Assembly (NCBI RefSeq): GCF_009914755.1 | Contig: NC_060928.1 | DNA: 64,000 nucleotides | DNA from: the human T2T-CHM13v2.0 reference genome, Homo sapiens | Strand: one strand, 5' to 3' | Made by a program: the position numbers and the translations under genes | Part shown: piece by piece, positions 26,354 through 39,984 of the stretch | How positions within the stretch are numbered: position 1 is the stretch's first letter | How the letters are laid out: the number at the start of each line of letters is the position of its first letter | The notes under the pieces: generated by a model | Told to the model about the DNA's origin: nothing | The model's input: the letters and a program-made list of their open reading frames with translations, nothing else | Database searches by the model: none

Positions 26354-26830
26354 ATTATTCAAATTTCACAGTCATCAAAAAATAGAACTTGTAGATGAAA
26401 GTACAAGAAAAAGAAATCCGTTTCCTGTGAACATTTCCCTAGACCTGAGTTTCTCAACAGAGGTGGAGCAGTTTTACTCCCTGGGACATTTGGCATTCTC
26501 TGAAGACATTTTTGATTGTCACAATAAGGTGGACGTGTTCCTGGCATCTACTGAGTAGAGGCCATAAATGTTGCTAACCATCCTAGAATGCACAGAATAG
26601 TTCCCAATAACAAAGAATTTTCTGGTCCAAATAGGTAGACTTAGAATTTTAGATTTTAATAACCTATAAGGCCTTACCTTGCTAGATTTTGTATGCTCCT
26701 TTGCATAATTCTTCATTTGAAATCAGGCTGACAGTGGAAGTTTGTGATAGGAAGAACTTGGCTTACAAATATTACCATTCCTTTTTTACTTAAAAACATT
26801 TCTACCAATGTGTAAAATATCCTACAACAG
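26354..26830 (+). pseudogene. ZPAX copy A: two exon relics (26354-~26650 interrupted by MER20; 26727-~26830)
   Basis: Acceptors at 26353 and 26726; NIS-LD[MER20]LEF ~ TITRDPDY; phase-2 start (R)LTVEVC ~ RLTVLC. Confidence 0.55.
26445..26632 (+). mobile_element. MER20 (hAT-Charlie DNA transposon)
   Basis: gtttctcaac..gggacatttggca..gacatttttgattgtcacaa..ggcatctactgagtagaggcca..aacaaagaatt matches MER20. Confidence 0.85.
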
Positions 26831-26884
26831 ATATTTTTCTTAAAAAACTGTGTAAAGGAAAATTATTAATGAATATGTAGAATC

Positions 26885-27030
26885 CAAGGTTTATCACTCT
26901 CTCAGTACTCCATCCCAGTCTCCCACCCTGACCTTCAGATATTCGGGATGGGGTCCAGAAATCTACATTTAAATAATATACCCAGGTGATTATCCCACAG
27001 GTGTTTGTAGACTACATTTTGAAAAATGCT
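26885..27030. mobile_element. MER5-like DNA transposon fragment
   Basis: gggatggggtccagaaatctacattt..cccaggtgatt..acattttgaaaaatgct. Confidence 0.55.
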
Positions 27031-27157
27031 ACGCAGATTCCCCTGAAGATTCTCATCAGTAAAATATTCCTTTATCTTTACACAAAATTATTTTACAAAT
27101 TCCAGTGCTCAATATGGGGCATATTTAAACTTGTTTTCTTGTTTCTCTCCCTGGCAG

Positions 27158-27711
27158 AGAAAAGTCTACAAACCAGCTTTACCTTAAGTAGAGAAACATG
27201 GAGGGAGAGAAGGCAGGGAGATAAAAATAGATTTAAAAACTAGGTATCTGATTACATGTAAGGAAATAGAATACTTTGTTTTTGTTGTGTATTTTTAATG
27301 ATCAAAGTTTCTGAGAGTTTGGAACAGAATGCAAGACAACATTGGAAATCATAGACCAAGGGGTGACTTTGAGTACCTTCTAAGTGTTAGAGAAAATTTT
27401 AATATATTTTTAAATTAGCCATTAATTATTCCTATTTTTAGTTTTCTAGCATAAAACAAAATAAGACAAACCCACCTAGTCCCTATACTCAATCATTAAA
27501 AATGAAATTGTAGAATTTACTTGCAAATCTCTAATGAATAAGCCACATTTTTGTTATTTCACAGGGCATGCTATCAAAATGACCAGTAACATATCTATGA
27601 AATACTAATGTCATTCATTCAATCTCAAAGCATGCAATTTAGACATCATAAATACAACCACGATAATTTAAAAACAACACTAACAGAGCTGTGTACAACT
27701 TTGAGGGGAAA
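27158..27711 (+). pseudogene. ZPAX copy A ZP-C exon relics (27158-27362 and 27565-~27711)
   Basis: Strong polypyrimidine acceptors at 27157 and 27564. The first starts EKS in phase 1 and ends HWKS*TK-GG|gtgact; the second starts in phase 2 with (G)AC, the split Gly-Cys junction typical of ZP-C exons. Confidence 0.55.
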
Positions 27712-28489
27712 GTGACTACCTAAATGATGCAAACAATTTACCTTGAGTGTTTTCTCAATTGAATCAAGCTTTACAGTTAACCAAATAAGAATCCATTTAG
27801 AGATTTGCATTAATCAGCATGAGAAATCTTGAAACAATGCCATTATAAAGGAATTTAGCCTTCAGAGCTTACTATATAATTTAAGATTCCATCTGACAAA
27901 TGTATTAAACTGAACCAAAATGCAAATCCCTAGAATTCTAATCAACTTGGAGGAAAATTACTACTAAGTCTACCCATTTTGCTAACAGAATTATATATAT
28001 ATTTTAAAAGTCTCTATATTATGTATTCTTAGAGAGATCAGTCATCATTAAATAAAAAATGAATTCTTTGTAGACAGAAATTTGGACAATCTAGCTTTAA
28101 CATTCTAGAACATATAGTTATCAAACCATTAATCAATTATTATACACTGGCTAAGAATACATTTTTCTATGTATAAGTGAAACTTAAAATTGATAACATG
28201 ATCTTAAATACTATTGATTTTATATACGCTTCCCCAAATTATAGTCTACTTACTTAACAGCTGTCTGTTAGCCATGCCTAAATACTAAAGTTTAATTGGT
28301 TTGTATAAATTTATTATAAGGAATAAGGGGAAAATGTGACAGAGGATTGAGCTTTAAAAAATGAATAATAGCTTTTAGTCCTTTGCATTTCACTTTCTGG
28401 CTTGCATTTAATCAATATGTATATTGTTGAATAATTTTATATTGTTTAATATTTGAAAAGTTTTATATAAATATGATTCAGAAAAGAAG

Positions 28490-28953
28490 TGTAATGATTA
28501 ATTTTGTGTTAACTTGGCTGGGCCACGGTGCCTAGATATGTGGCCCAGATATGTGGCCAAACATTATTCTTGGTGTTTCAGTGGGCATGTTTTTGGATGA
28601 GATTAACATTGAAATCAGTAGACTTTGAATAAAGCAGACTGTGAATAAAGCAGATTGCCCACTGCAGTGTGGATGAGCCTCATCCTGTCAGTTGAAGGCC
28701 GGAAGAGGACAAAGCACTAACTTCTCCCACCCCATTCCCCACACCGAGCAAGAGGGAATTCGGCCAGCGGATGTCTTTAGGATTCCAACTGCAACATTGG
28801 CCCTTCCCTGTGTCTCCACCCTGCAGGCCCAACCTGTAAATTTTGGATGTCCCATTTACCATAATTACGTGGGCTGATTTCTTAAAATCATCTCTTTCTC
28901 TATATATGCACATCCAACTGGTTTCGTTTCTTTGAAGAAGTTTGACTAATACA
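28490..28953 (+). mobile_element. MLT2-type (ERVL) solo LTR
   Basis: tgtaatgattaattttgtgttaacttggctgggccacggtgcc ... tgactaataca termini. Confidence 0.85.
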
Positions 28954-29345
28954 AAGAGATGTGAATTTATAAAAAAATTATGCCATCTAAAAATAATAGA
29001 GTTTTCACATTTTTGTTTTGTCTTTTTGCTTTAAAAATACTGAAATAAAACACATATAGAAGGAAAGTAGGCAAATATAAATACATGTGAAACCCATTGA
29101 ATTATCTCAAAGAGAATATCTGTGTAACCACTACCTAACACAAGAATTTAAATTTTTTAATGTATAAGAAGAATCCTTCCTATCTTTACCCATCAACTCT
29201 TCCCTTACTCTCCCTCAAAAAATTTCTGGTTTCTAACACTAGAGTAACACTAGAGTTTAGTTTTGCTTCTAAAACTTTATATAAATGCAAATATACATAT
29301 ATTTATACTTTTATGTCTGTCTTTATTCATCCAGCCATATGTTGT

Positions 29346-29802
29346 TGATGCAGGATTTTTGCTCCTTAGTTCAGCTAAATCCGGTTCTTGTCTCACAAGC
29401 TGGAAAAATTAGCCACGCGGACACATTGAAGGGTGAGAAGGACAGAATTTAATAAGCAAATGGAAGGCTCTCAGCAAAGAGGGGTCCTGCAAACAGGTTT
29501 GCACCTCACAATTGAATACCAGGGCTCCCACACAGGAGCTGAAGAGGCCAGGCTCCTCCTTCCTAGCATAAGCCATGAATTCTTGGTGGGCCCACCCCAT
29601 GCTTCCAGTGTGCATGCGGGCCCTTCGTTTGAGCCACTCCACATTGATTTATTTCCCTTATTGTGCATGGGTTAAGGGATGAAATTTTTCACCGTGGGCA
29701 TGTTTAGGTCAGCCCCCTATAAACAATGATCTGGGTGGGTCAGGGGTTCTCTGAGACCCTTCCCTATCTGCCTAGGCATTTAGCTGCCTCCTGCCTCTAT
29801 CA
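29346..29802 (-). mobile_element. ERV1 solo LTR (LTR19/MER48-like group)
   Basis: TG..CA termini with a perfect 4-bp TSD ttgt (29342-29345 and 29803-29806); inserted in an old L1. Confidence 0.8.
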
Positions 29803-29976
29803 TTGTGACAGTTATCCATGTTGGTGTGTTTAAGGTAATATTATTCATTTCATTGCTCTAGTATTAAATTGCATAAATAAATAAAAATTTATTTGTTCAC
29901 CATTGGATTATTGATAGGCATTTAGATTTTTATTAGGTATTGGCTATTACAAATTATATGTCTATGTTTGTGTGTG

Positions 29977-30138
29977 TGTATGTGTGTACTCAATATAAAT
30001 GTGTCTGTGTCTGTTTATGTGTATATGTGTATGTGTAAATTTACCTTGTTTTCTCAATTGAATCAAGCTTAACAGGTCAACAATACATACACACACATAC
30101 ATAGACACAGACATATTTATATTGAGTACAAACATACA
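29977..30138. repeat. Inverted repeat (~55-bp arms) around a ~40-bp copy of 27735-27776
   Basis: tgtactcaatataaatgtgtctgtgtct versus agacacagacatatttatattgagtaca; spacer aatttaccttg-ttttctcaattgaatcaagctt. Confidence 0.85.
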
Positions 30139-30644
30139 AGTAGTTTTTCTGGTTAGTAAGATATATGCATATTCAACATTATTAGGTAATTCCAGTAGTT
30201 CTGTAGAAATTTAAACTTTTTATCACCTGTATATATAAAAGATCAGTTTTTCCATTTCCTCAGCTACATTTGTTACATCATTCATTTAGACACTGGTGAA
30301 AGTATGTGTTGTATCTTATTTTTAATTTGCATTACTTTTAATTTCCATTTCACTGATGTCAGATCAAATAGACCACCTTTTTACATATGTATTGACTATT
30401 TGCATATCTTATGATACGCCTGCTTGAGTTCTTGGCCATACCTGATTTTGTGCTTTTTTTCCCTAGTAGAAATTCTTTTCAGTCTTTGTAACTTTTATTT
30501 CATTTGCTTGTTTAATTCACTGGCTAGAACCAGTACAACATTTAAAAGAAAAAAGGATATTGACATCTTCCACCGAATCTCTGATGTTTCTTTCAATATT
30601 TCACTATTTATCATCATTTGCTGTAAATATTTTGTAGATAGTTG

Positions 30645-30954
30645 TTTTTTCTTTTTTGTTTTGTTTTTTTCAGATGGAGTCTTGCTCTGTCACCCAGGCT
30701 GGAGTGCAATGGCATAATCTGGGCTCACAGCAGCCTCCACCTCCCTGTTCAAGTGATTCTCCTGCCTCAGCCTCCCTAGTAGCTGGGATTATCTCAAAGA
30801 GATCCCATCATGCCCAGCTAATTTTTGTATTTTTAGTAGAGATGGGATTTCACCATGTTGACCAGGCTGGTCTCAAACTCCTGACCTCAAGTGATCCACC
30901 CACCTTGGCCTCCCAAAGTGCTGGGATTACAGGGTTGAGCCACCATGCCCAGCC
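30645..30954 (-). mobile_element. AluS
   Basis: Complete dimeric Alu, reverse strand. Confidence 0.9.
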
Positions 30955-31039
30955 TATAGATACTCTTTAACAGATTAAGGAAGTTTGTTTCACTTATATC
31001 TACTTTATATGGGTATTTATCATTAATTATTATTCTAAT

Positions 31040-31340
<301 letters not shown>

Positions 31341-32329
31341 TAATTTTTATTTATTACTGCAGCTACAGAGATGATATGATTTTTCTGTTTTATTTAGTGG
31401 AAATACATTAATTGATTTTTTTAAAGGTTAACTCTGCATTCCTGAGTTAAATACAACTTAATTATAAAATATTATTCATTTTCATCTCAATGGATTTGGT
31501 TTGCAAATATTATTTCAGATTTTTGCTTTTATGTTCATGAGAATAACCAGTTTTCTCTTCTCTTAATGGCCTCCTATTTTTAAAATGAGGTTTAATGATT
31601 TGCAAGAGAAAAGGCTGAGGAAGTCTCTCTTTTGCTAGTTCCTGGAAAAGTTATATTTCCTCCTTAGTTATTAGGTAGAATTCATTGCTGAATCCATTAT
31701 GGCATGGAATTTTTCTTTGTGTTAAGGTATTTAATTTTTGTTTTTAATTACAGATACAATTTCCTTAATAGGTATAGGCTATTCAGATTCTCTATTTTAT
31801 CTTATCTCCAAAGCTTAAATTTTTCTCAGGTTTTGACTATTTCATCTAAATCATCAAATTCATTAGCATAAAGCTACTTATATCTTTTTAATCTGTAAGA
31901 TGTATATAAATGTCACTTTTTTGTTAGCTGTATACATTATTATTATTATTATTTATGCTTCCTTTTTTTCTTGGTCACTATGTTGGTTAGTCTTTTCAAA
32001 GAATGAACATCTATCTTTGTTAAAACACACAAACATATTTACACACACATATATTTCAATGGAAATTTGCTATCACTTTGATTATTTCGTTATCTGATTA
32101 TTTCATTTTCATCTTTGTATAATTTTGTATTGGACAGTGCTGTTTTAGACAATGCAAGACCTTAACCACTTGAAGTCCACTTATGCCATCCTGACTTATA
32201 CGGGTCTTTATTTATGTGTTTTAACTTCTCTATATTTTAAACCTGAAACAAGTAAAAGCATATATACTCAGTAATTTGATATAAAGTTGCCTTTAAACAT
32301 TCATTCTGGCAGCCACTCACCTGTTGCAG

Positions 32330-32437
32330 TGATTTACTACACTGCAGAAATTGTAATATTCCATTTGGAGACTCAACAGAATCTGGATGCAACCAATATT
32401 TGTGATATCATATATGAAAATAATCTTTGGGACACAG
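32330..32437 (+). pseudogene. ZPAX copy A last ZP-C exon relic
   Basis: ttgcag| acceptor; IY/LHC/IVIF..NIC resembles the ZP-C motif LYLHCSVVIC; cag|gtaaaa donor. Confidence 0.55.
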
Positions 32438-32537
32438 GTAAAATAATATACTCTGGTTCTTAGAATCATTTATAGATATAAAGTATTATAAAATGTGTAA
32501 TATATTATATAGATATAATAAATAGTATATAAAATGT

Positions 32538-32655
32538 TAGGTGTAATGTTGCACACCTATAATCCTAGCTACTCAGGAGGCTGATGTGGGAGAATTGTTT
32601 GATCCCAGGAATTCAAGACCAGCCTGGGCAACATAGTGAGACCCCATCTCATTAA
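32538..32655 (+). mobile_element. FLAM/Alu monomer
   Basis: cctataatcctagctactcaggaggctga..ttcaagaccagcctgggcaacatagtgagaccccatctc. Confidence 0.8.
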
Positions 32656-34149
32656 GTAATAATAATTTTAAATATGTGTATATATAAAATATTGCTTTAG
32701 ATTTTTGTAATAAAGATTGTATATAAAATGATGCTTTTTAAGATTTCTTGCTTTCTATATGAAAATCACATAAAATTCAATTCAAATATAATTCAAGCTT
32801 TTCAAATGTATCAGGTATCTGACTTAGAAAATAAAATACTGGAAAACACATTGCTCCTGCACTTATCACAAGAAAAAGCTATATAATTTATAAAAGCAAT
32901 ACTATTTTGAATCAGTGAAAGACCTGGATGAAGAATAACTCACAAGTCTATATGCTAAAGAAAGATAAGTGCCTCCAAGGAACATAGCATAGGGTAGGTG
33001 TTGGGTACCATAAATGCTATTAAGAAGAATAGCATTGTCATCTAAAAATTCTTATCAAATTGTTAAAAGCCAAGTGTAGGTGAGTCTGAGAACACAGAAT
33101 CCCTGGAAAATGCAGACACAAAGAGAACTTATTATATTCACTGGTACGCTCTTCCCCATAGAAATCTTTGGGTGCTCAAAATAAAGACTGCAGCCAGGGT
33201 AAGAGATAAAACAAATAAAAAAAGTGTCCCTGATAGTACATGGACCACAGGAGCAACAGCCATTCTGGAAAAGCAAGAAACTTCAGCCGGATCCTCCTAC
33301 CTTATAGAACAAAACCTTAAATGTTTTGGAATTAGAAGATCAAAACTTCGCTCTCAGGGCACAAGTGAAGATCTGCTGCTGGGAGAAGAAAATCAAAAAC
33401 AGTAAAACAAACAAAAATCTTCTACTTCTGGGGAAGGGGAAGGAAACTATTCTTGGTGCAGAACATTGGAAAGAAAGCAAAGAAGAAGGAATATCAGGAT
33501 CATTGGGAAGGCCCATCTCCTGAAACCAGGGAAACACCACATAGCTAGGATTGGGGACCCAGAAAGCAGAGAATACTTTTTTCCCCACCATCTCCTCCCA
33601 CCGCTAGGCTAACAAATAATGGTAGTCTACTGCTGGAGAAGAAGTTAGAGCCTGGACAGAAAGAGAAGCTTTGAGGCACAGCAACAAAGGGAAGACCAAA
33701 AATTGAAAGTAGAGAAGATATTTTAAAAAAAAACTTATCTGCAAACCAGTCCATATAATTAATCTCTCAAGTGTTTTAATGATAAAGGTGGGCAACAAGC
33801 ATGAATAATAGGACGTTTTGGCTGATAGATAAGAACTATAAGAAGCAAACAGAAATTCTAAAAAAGAAAAAAATAGTAACAGAGATAAGGAATACCTTCT
33901 ATATGTTCATTATTGCATAGCTGAGGAAAGAATCAGTGAACTTTGAAGACACATCTATGCAGACCACCCAAACTGAAAGACATACAGAAAAAAGGAAGGA
34001 AGGAAGGACAGAAGGAAGAAAAGGAACAAAGTATGCAAGAGCTGTGGGAAAATATTAAATGGCCTAACATACATATTATTGGGATTTAAGAAAGAGACAA
34101 CAGAGTGACAGTGACCAAAGAAATATTTTGACAAGAAAAGGACTAACCA

Positions 34150-34450
34150 GGTCGGGTGCGGTGGTTTACACCTATAATCCCAGCACTTTGGGAGGCCAAG
34201 AGGGAGTGGATCACTTGAGCTTAGGAGTTCAAGACCAGCCAGGTCAACATGGTGAAATCCCATCTCTGTTAAAAATACAAAAAATTAGCTGGGTGTGGTG
34301 GTGCACTCCTGTAATCCCAGGTACTCGGGAGGCTGAGACAGGAGAATTGCTTGAACTCCGTGGGCGGAGGTTGCAGTAAGCAGAAATTGTGCCACTGCAC
34401 TCCAGGCTGGGAGATGGAGTGAGACTCCATCTCGAAACAAACAAACAAAT
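34150..34450 (+). mobile_element. AluS
   Basis: Complete dimeric Alu with (caaa)n tail. Confidence 0.9.
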
Positions 34451-35931
34451 GACTAATTTTCAAAACTAATGACAATCATTATACGGACGTTCTGACAAGT
34501 GCAGAGAAAACAAAGCAGGATAAACTAGAGAAACGAAACACAACAAAAAACTGGACATATTATAGTCAAAATGCTGAAAGCAAAGATAAAGAGATAAAGA
34601 GAAACTCTTGAAAGCAGCCAGAGGAGGGAAAAACGCAACATATAAGGAACAAGAGTTACAGGATACTTCTTGTCAGAAAGTATGTATACAAGAAAATAGA
34701 CTGCCCTCATCAACCTGATAAAATTAAAATTTAAGTCATCTCTAAATCATATAGTCAGTGAAAATATTTTTTTGACAATAAAGAAAAAGTGAAGATATCT
34801 TTTAGACAGACTGGGAGAATTCTTTGCTAGTAGGTTTTCACCAGAAGAAATAGTAACGAAAATTCCACAGATAGAACAAATTTGTCACTAGGCAGAGACA
34901 TAGATCTGTGCATACACAAAAGAGAACATGGATTTGAATAAACACAGATAAAGTCATTTTTCTTCATGTAAATAGTTTAAAAGAGAACTGGCTGTCTAAA
35001 GGAAAACAGCAGCAATGAATTTCATAAAAATAACAGCACAGAAATGGAAGAGAGGTATTGGGGCTCCATTTTTGTAAGTTACTAACACTACACATATAAC
35101 AGCATAATAGTATTGAAGGTAGTCGGTTATAACTGAAGAAGTATATTGTAAAATCAGGACAGCTGCTTAAAAATAAGAAAAAAGCTGTAAATAGTAATCC
35201 AATTATGCAGATAAATTTTACTGGAATGGAATACTAATATCAGTCAAAGCAGATTTAACAATTTCCAAGAGCAGAGATATTACCTAATAAAAAATTGTTA
35301 AGGGTAGAGATATTACATAATGTTTAAAACTTCAAAATGTGAAGCAAAATCAGTTAAGGATGATAGGACAATGGATACATCACGATACAGTTGGAGACTT
35401 CAACAATCCTTTCTCAAGAACTGATTGAAAAAATAAACAGAAAACTAATAACTATAAGAAGACTTGAACAACACTATCAACCAACTTGACCTAATTGACA
35501 TTTATGGAACACTCATATGCATTTATGGAATACTCAAGAGAATGTACTTTCTTTTAAATGCATATGAAAGTAATCACCAACATAGAGGATATGTGAGGCC
35601 AGAAAAAAACTTTACAAATTTAAAGAACTGAAATTATATAATGTATATTTCTTAATTATAATGCAATCAAGTGTCAAAAATTAATAACAGAAAATATGGA
35701 AAATTCTAAAATAATTAGAAATTTAAACAATACGTTACTCATAGTTGCATCCAAGAGAAAATCATAAGGGAAATAAGAAAATATTTTAATGGAAAGGACA
35801 TTAAAAAAATGGAAACAGATACGTAAAGCAAGACAAGAGAACAGTACACAATTAGTTGCTTAAATTAGGACATAGAATGCTTACGATTTTGTCTTCCATC
35901 TAAAGAAAATAAAAACAAAAACGATCGAAAT

Positions 35932-36790
35932 TGTTGAGAGACAATTTGCCATGGATTTCTTGGTATTTTTGAAGAGTCTAAGCCTTGGGAGACAAGGTTA
36001 CTGCAAGGATCTTTGCTTGATACACTTGAAAGCTAGAGATAGTGTCTCTGTGATGATAAGGAACTTGGGAAAGACTTGGAGACATGAAGCTGTCTTACTC
36101 CCCTCCCTGGAGACCCTGTGTTCTTTGTCCCAAGTGGTGTTTCCTTGGTGCTCTGCATTCTCCCTTCTCTTAGGAGCAGTAGTCCCAAGAGGAGACCTAG
36201 ACCACTGGATACCCCTCAGTTCTCCGGATCCCCCAGCCCTGTGTGGCAGAGGCTAGGGAATGTCTGCAGGGGCTCTGGTGATGTAGAGACACAAGGGCTC
36301 AGATTCTCTGTGCAGGACGCAGTCCCCGCAATGGCTGTGCCCCCAGTTTGGCACCTGCCACTGCCTCTTGGGTCGGGAGGAAGGGCCAGAGATTCTGTGG
36401 GAGTTGGTGGTCTGGTGTAATGTTCTTAAGAAGTTCCAAAATTGCTACCCACACCACTGTTTGGGTTCATGAGGGAAGAGGAGCTTTCCAACAGTTTGGA
36501 TACCTGAGGTCAGCTGCAGGGGCGAGGAGAGACGAAGCACTCTCACCTGCCCTTTCTGCCAGATGACAAGTTCCTCGGGGATCCTAACCAGATCCTCTTG
36601 CTTGTGCTTTTACTATGCCCCAGGTTCATCCCATGAGGCTCTGCTAGGCTCCAGCACTTTCCCCTTCATGCTCTGTTCGAGTTATGAATAACTATGTGCA
36701 AGAACCAACTTTGGTTCTTCTTTCTGAGAACTGGCATCTGACATCTCTAGACAGCCATTTTCTGGGTGGTATTTATTCCAACCTGGTTCA
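35932..36790 (+). mobile_element. ERVL-class LTR-like element (LTR47/MER76-like ends) with a GC-rich interior
   Basis: Starts tgttgagagacaatttgccatgg and ends aacctggttca; interrupts the old L1. Confidence 0.45.
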
Positions 36791-37765
36791 GCAGTTGAAG
36801 ATCCATCAATATAATTCAACAGACTGAAGAAGAAAAATACTTGAAGAAAAAATATTTGATAAACTTCAACAAATAGTCATGATAAAATGTCAGCTATATA
36901 CAAAAAGGAGAAAAATTCCTCAATCTGGTAAAAGATCAGCAACAGCAGCAGAAACTACCACTACTACAATCAACATTATACTTAATGATTAAATTCAGAG
37001 TAAGTTCTCTCCTGAGATCAGAAGCATATTAACAGCCCTCACTCCCACCACTTTTACAGAATACTGTATTTGAAGTCCTAGCCAGTGCAAGACCACACAA
37101 AAGAGAAAAAAAAATGAAAGGAAGAAATAAAACTAGTTTATTTACTGATGACACTGTCTACATACAAAGTCCAAAAGAACTACTATAAAACTTCTAGAAC
37201 TAAGTGAGTTTAGAAATTTCATAAGATATAATGTTAAAATTCAGGAAAAGATCGTTGTGGTTTTTCTTTATTGACAATGAACAACTGGACATTTGAATTT
37301 TAAAAAACCTTATAATTCATAATAGTATCAAATCCATAAAATAGGTATAAATCTAATAACTATATTCAACATCTGTATATTGAAAATTGTACAATCCATT
37401 GATGAAGAAAAACAAGAGAATCTAATAAATCGGAGATAATTTGTAGTCACAAATTGAAGAAATCAATATTATTAAGATTTTAATTTTCACCAAACTAAAG
37501 ATTAATGCAATTCAATCAAAATCTCAAAATCTCCTAAGGAAATTTTATAGAAACTAACAGCTAATTCTAAAATGTATATAGAAAAGCAAAAAAAAACTAT
37601 TATAGCCAAAAAAGTCGACATAAGACAACAAAATTGAAAAACTCACACTATTTAATTTCAGTAATTTTTGAAAAGCTATGCTAATCAAGACAGTGTGGTA
37701 TAGGCTAAGAGAATGCAACATATGTCCCACAGGTCAAGTTCTGCTCATAGTCTCTATTTGTATGA

Positions 37766-38094
<329 letters not shown>

Positions 38095-39064
38095 TTTTAC
38101 AAGTATTTTTAAAGATTAGGAAAGTAAAAATACAAAGAAAAATATGAGACTTGGAAAGTCTAAAACATGTACTATTTGGCCCTTTACTGAAAAAAAAAAA
38201 AATCTGGTGACTTGTGGTATAGGCAAAAGAATAGATATATAGATCATTGGAAATAAAAAGAGGATCCTGGAATAGATATGTATGTCATTAGTTGTTTGCA
38301 AACAATGGTGCAAAGCCAATTCAATGCATTAAGCGTAGTTATTTTTTTTTTCTGCAAATGCTGCTGGATCAACTGGCTATCCATGTGCAAAAACATGAAA
38401 CTTAATCAACACTACACAGCAGATACAAAATCAAAATCAAAATTCACTATAGACTGAAATTTAAACCCCCAAACTATAAAATTTATAAAATAAAATATAT
38501 TTAAAAAACTATTGTTACCTTAGTTTAAGTATTACCTTGATAAAATATCAAAAAAAAATCATAAGAAAAAATGACAAATTGGATATTGAAAGACATTGTT
38601 TAGAGATTAGGGAGGCCAAACGCAACATAGAAGAAAATATTCGCAAATCATTTATCTGGTAAAAGACATATTTATTGAATACCTCAAAAATGATCAAAAG
38701 TAAATTATAATAGTAACTAACTAGAAATAAATAGACAAAAGATTGAACGGGTAGTTTATCAAAGAACACGTGCACATGAGAAATTAGTCCAACAAAAAAA
38801 GCTCAACATCATTAGTCATTAGGGAAATACAAAATGAAACCCACTGAGTTTACTTTATATGCCATTTAGAATGCTTAAAATTAAAATCTGACAATACCAA
38901 ATGCTGGTGGGAATGCAGTATAACTAGAACATGTTTTGCTGGTGTGAATGCAAAGTTGTGGGCATTTTGGAGAACACTTCAGTGGAAGTTACTTAGCAGT
39001 CACTGGTGCTAAATGATCAGCAATCACAGAATGAAGTCTTTTACATCCGCACTATTACATCAGG

Positions 39065-39155
39065 ATAGATAGTAAGGTAGGTAGGTTAGGTAGGTTAGGT
39101 AGGTAAGTAGGTAGGTAGGTAGGTAGGTAGAGAGAGAGAGAGAGAGAGAGAGAGA
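39065..39155. repeat. Compound microsatellite (GTAG)n(GA)n
   Basis: Direct reading. Confidence 0.95.
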
Positions 39156-39759
39156 TCTTTATGATGTTTGGGTTAAATAAGTATAACCTTATCATGATCT
39201 AAAATCGTTTTATATATAAATAGTCAAGAAAATGTCTATGCAGGTTGATATGAAATTCAGTTTTCATATATACTGTATTTAAACTGATTATCTGTTAGAC
39301 TTACATTTGCACTTCATTTTGTGAGAATCAAAGAAGCCTTAATATTTTATTTAAACATATAAATTCCTAAGCAAGGTTTTTTCTTAAGAATTGGGTCAGC
39401 ATAATTATTGTTTGAATTAAAGATGAGCATTTAGGCTATCAGTTAGTGCCAAAATAGGTTTAATGGTCTTTCTGTATGTGAAAAAAATCTCCATTCTCTT
39501 CTGAAATCAATACTTCCCAAAAATCGTGAAATAACTTGTGTAGTCTCCTCAGAGTTATAAATAATATTGAAATGGTACAACTAGTATATGAAAGAAACTG
39601 TAGGGTTGATCTTGTACCACAGTAGCTTCAAATTTCAGATTTTCTGATGTTTGACTTACAGAGAAGAGATTTGTATTTCTTTTTAAACACAGACTTAGCC
39701 TGGCTTCTGTGGCCCATGGAACATTTTATTTTTGAATTCTATTTTGAGTAAAAGACATA

Positions 39760-39966
39760 TGCCAGTATATTGGATTTCATGTTTTCAAGGACATAACATT
39801 TTTTAAGTCTTGTTTATAGTGTTCTCCAGCAGTTTTGTGAAATGTAGTGTTTCATTTCTGGGTCACTGGTTGAAACTGGGATCATTAATGAAGTAACTGT
39901 TAAGGCCTACCTGAGAAAAATCCTTCAATCAAACATATGTTGTATTGAATGGAAGAAAGCAGAGGA
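39760..39966 (-). pseudogene. ZPAX copy B first ZP-C exon relic
   Basis: One frame reads SSAFFHSIQHMFD*RIFLR*ALTVTSLMIPVSTSDPEMKHYISQNCWRTL*, matching the ZP-C pattern YLR(E/Q)xLYFEV..STDPxLEL.L(E/D)NCWAT. Confidence 0.75.
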
Positions 39967-39984
39967 CTGACACAGGTCAGCGTC

